From Myxococcota bacterium (lineage in GTDB: Bacteria; Myxococcota_A; UBA796; SXON01): a stretch of DNA of 25,169 nucleotides. The stretch is taken from NCBI GenBank assembly GCA_040386535.1, contig JAZKFH010000069.1:1-25169 (forward strand). The letters run 5' to 3'. The position numbers and the translations under genes were made by a program. Within the stretch, counting starts at the first letter, position 1, and the number at the start of each line of letters is the position of its first letter. This document shows positions 23,314-25,169 of this stretch, piece by piece. The notes beneath the pieces are model-generated. The model ran no database searches. It was not told the DNA's origin and was given only the letters and a program-made list of their open reading frames with translations.

Positions 23314-24918
23314 ATGGTTGCCTACCCTGCCGCTTGCCCCGTGTCCCTCGCGATGCAACAGCCCGAGCTTTCCTTCCTCGCTGACCTCCTGAAGCGCCGT
23401 CCCGGCGAGACCCTCGCGTCCATCGCGGCCCGGCATGGGCGCAGCCGACCGGCGGCGTACGCGGCGCTCGCACGGGCCAAGAAGGCTCTCTCTCCCCAGA
23501 AGCGGGGACCCCGACGGGAGAACGTCGTTCGGGCGCACGCACTCCGGCAGGAGACGATGCTTCGAGCAAGGATCTCCGCCTTGGAGGAAGAGAACGTGCT
23601 GCTCCGCGGAAGGCTGGCTGACTCGGTGTTCGTCGACGACCGCCGGCGTCGGTGTGTGGAGCTGGCCTGCTTTGGGAGGAACGTGTCGCTCCGGGGCACC
23701 CGCGAGATCCTCGAGGCTGCCTACGGCACGGACCACCAACCGTCGCTCGACGAGCTTCAGGCTCGGATGCGGTGGCACGGCTTGGTGGCGGGCGCGCTGT
23801 TGGACGAGGCGGTGGACACGGTCCGCGACACGCTTCCCTGCGTTGCCGCGGACGACGTGTACTTCCATCGGGTCGACGTGAAGCCCATCATCGAGCCCGT
23901 TTCGAACGCCATCCTCGACGTGCGACGCAGCACCGGCCCGACCACACAGGTGTGGACCGAGCGCCTGCGACGCTTCCCGAACCTGAGCCTGCTCGTCTCG
24001 GACCTTGGTGGAGATCTCTGCGCGGCGGCGGGCGCCTGCGGGATCGAGCACCAAGCCGACTACTGGCACGAGATGCGCATCTTCGACGATGTCCTCTCCG
24101 ACCTGTCGAAGGCCGAGGCCCGTCAGCGGAAGGAGGCGTCGCCGCTCCGCGGGTTCGAGGGGTGGGACGACGATCGGTCGCTCGGCTTCACCGCCCGGAT
24201 GCAAGCCGTGAACGGCTTGGAAGATGCCTTCTTTGCCATTGCCGAAGCGCAAGAATCGATCCGCTTGCTCCACCACCCGATCGACCCGGAGACCCAACAG
24301 CTGTGGACCCCCGATCGGATCGCCGCCAGGCTCCGCGACACTCTGCGCAGGCTCGACGCTCATCCGGGCGCCCGACGCATCGCAAAGCATATTCGCACGC
24401 ACGGGAAGCGCTATACGGCTCACATCGGCCTGTTCGACCACATCCCGGTCATCCTCCACGAGGGAACGCACTGGGAGCGCGCGTCGGTCATCCGGGGCGT
24501 CGTTCGACTGCGAGGGATCGAGCAGGGCCTCGCGGACCCCACCCAATGGCGCAACTACGCGGACTTCCTCGACCGTCAGCGCCTCGCCCGGGAGCTGCGG
24601 AAGCGACTCCGATCCGCCTGCCTGAACTTCGACGCCGTGGACGAAGCGGTCGACCGGGAGTGTTCGCGCCCGCGGCGTTCCTCCTCGTGCGTGGAGTCCC
24701 TCAACAACCGCCTTCGCGTGATGCAGATGGTCCACCGCAAGGTGTCCGACGAGATGCTGGCGCTCACAGCACTCCGATGGAACCTCACTCCGCGGACCCA
24801 GCCGTCCCATCGCGGCCGTAGTCCCTACGAGGTGCTCGGGGTCGACTGGGGCCAACGCGACAAGCGTTGGTACGAGGTTCTACTCGACGCGGAGTCGGCA
24901 CGCGGACTCGCGGCGTAG
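23314..24918 (+). CDS. Putative DDE transposase (HTH, coiled coil, RNase H-like core with helical insertion)
   Basis: Lies between the inverted repeats; HTH-like TLASIAARHGRSRPAAYAAL; candidate catalytic motifs AADDVYF, LVSDLG, HQADYWH and RSSSCVESLN; C-terminal RSPYEVLG. Start ATG 23314 or 23353. Confidence 0.88.
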   Translation: MVAYPAACPVSLAMQQPELSFLADLLKRRPGETLASIAARHGRSRPAAYAALARAKKALSPQKRGPRRENVVRAHALRQETMLRARISALEEENVLLRGRLADSVFVDDRRRRCVELACFGRNVSLRGTREILEAAYGTDHQPSLDELQARMRWHGLVAGALLDEAVDTVRDTLPCVAADDVYFHRVDVKPIIEPVSNAILDVRRSTGPTTQVWTERLRRFPNLSLLVSDLGGDLCAAAGACGIEHQADYWHEMRIFDDVLSDLSKAEARQRKEASPLRGFEGWDDDRSLGFTARMQAVNGLEDAFFAIAEAQESIRLLHHPIDPETQQLWTPDRIAARLRDTLRRLDAHPGARRIAKHIRTHGKRYTAHIGLFDHIPVILHEGTHWERASVIRGVVRLRGIEQGLADPTQWRNYADFLDRQRLARELRKRLRSACLNFDAVDEAVDRECSRPRRSSSCVESLNNRLRVMQMVHRKVSDEMLALTALRWNLTPRTQPSHRGRSPYEVLGVDWGQRDKRWYEVLLDAESARGLAA

Positions 24919-25007
24919 CGACCGCGAGGGAGGACCTCAGGCCCGCGTGGGCGGGGATGGGGACGTCTGCCCGCGCCGGGTGTCAAGAAACCAGGCGTGC
25001 GTGAGCT

Positions 25008-25026
25008 TGCTTGGGCGAACGGTCCC
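25008..25026 (-). repeat. Right terminal inverted repeat of the IS
   Basis: TGCTTGGGCGAACGGTCCC followed directly by the duplicated CAACAGTA. Confidence 0.93.
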
Positions 25027-25169
25027 CAACAGTAGGGGGCCTTGCCGGCAGCTGACCATTGATCACATCGCGTCTCCCCCGCCCTGAAGGCGCCGAAGTC
25101 GGGACACGACCCGGGCGATTGGTGCCACGCGCTCCCAACCCCGTGCGAGGACGATCATGCCGGGCGGGC

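Larger units (their letters stand above)
23198..25026 (+). mobile_element. Complete insertion sequence (1829 bp), family unassigned
   Basis: Perfect 19-bp inverted repeats GGGACCGTTCGCCCAAGCA (23198-23216 and 25008-25026), an 8-bp direct repeat CAACAGTA on both flanks (23190-23197, 25027-25034), and a single long ORF inside. Confidence 0.93.

Overview
Very GC-rich bacterial DNA, most consistent with a Myxococcota-type genome (MYXO-CTERM sorting signal, MopE-like 'DCDD...DCDG' motifs, many lipoproteins). Left part: three large FG-GAP/integrin-like surface proteins (a 14-repeat one truncated by the window edge, a 7-repeat paralogue with MYXO-CTERM, and a 7-repeat lipoprotein), a lipocalin-like lipoprotein coupled to an unusual secreted modular protein, and a solitary 1030-aa Type IIG/IIC-like amino-methyltransferase whose N-terminal nuclease motif appears to have lost all its acidic residues. 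Middle: a TPR protein, then four radical SAM genes in two divergent, translationally coupled pairs around a lipoprotein and a WXXGXW-repeat protein, followed by an SGNH hydrolase and a DUF4337-like membrane protein. Right: three 51-bp palindromic REP-like repeats and a complete 1829-bp insertion sequence (19-bp perfect terminal inverted repeats, 8-bp target duplication) whose DDE transposase I cannot place in a classical IS family. No rRNA, tRNA or CRISPR array was seen. Most long ORFs in the supplied track are antisense or off-frame shadows, and several real starts lie downstream of the listed ones.
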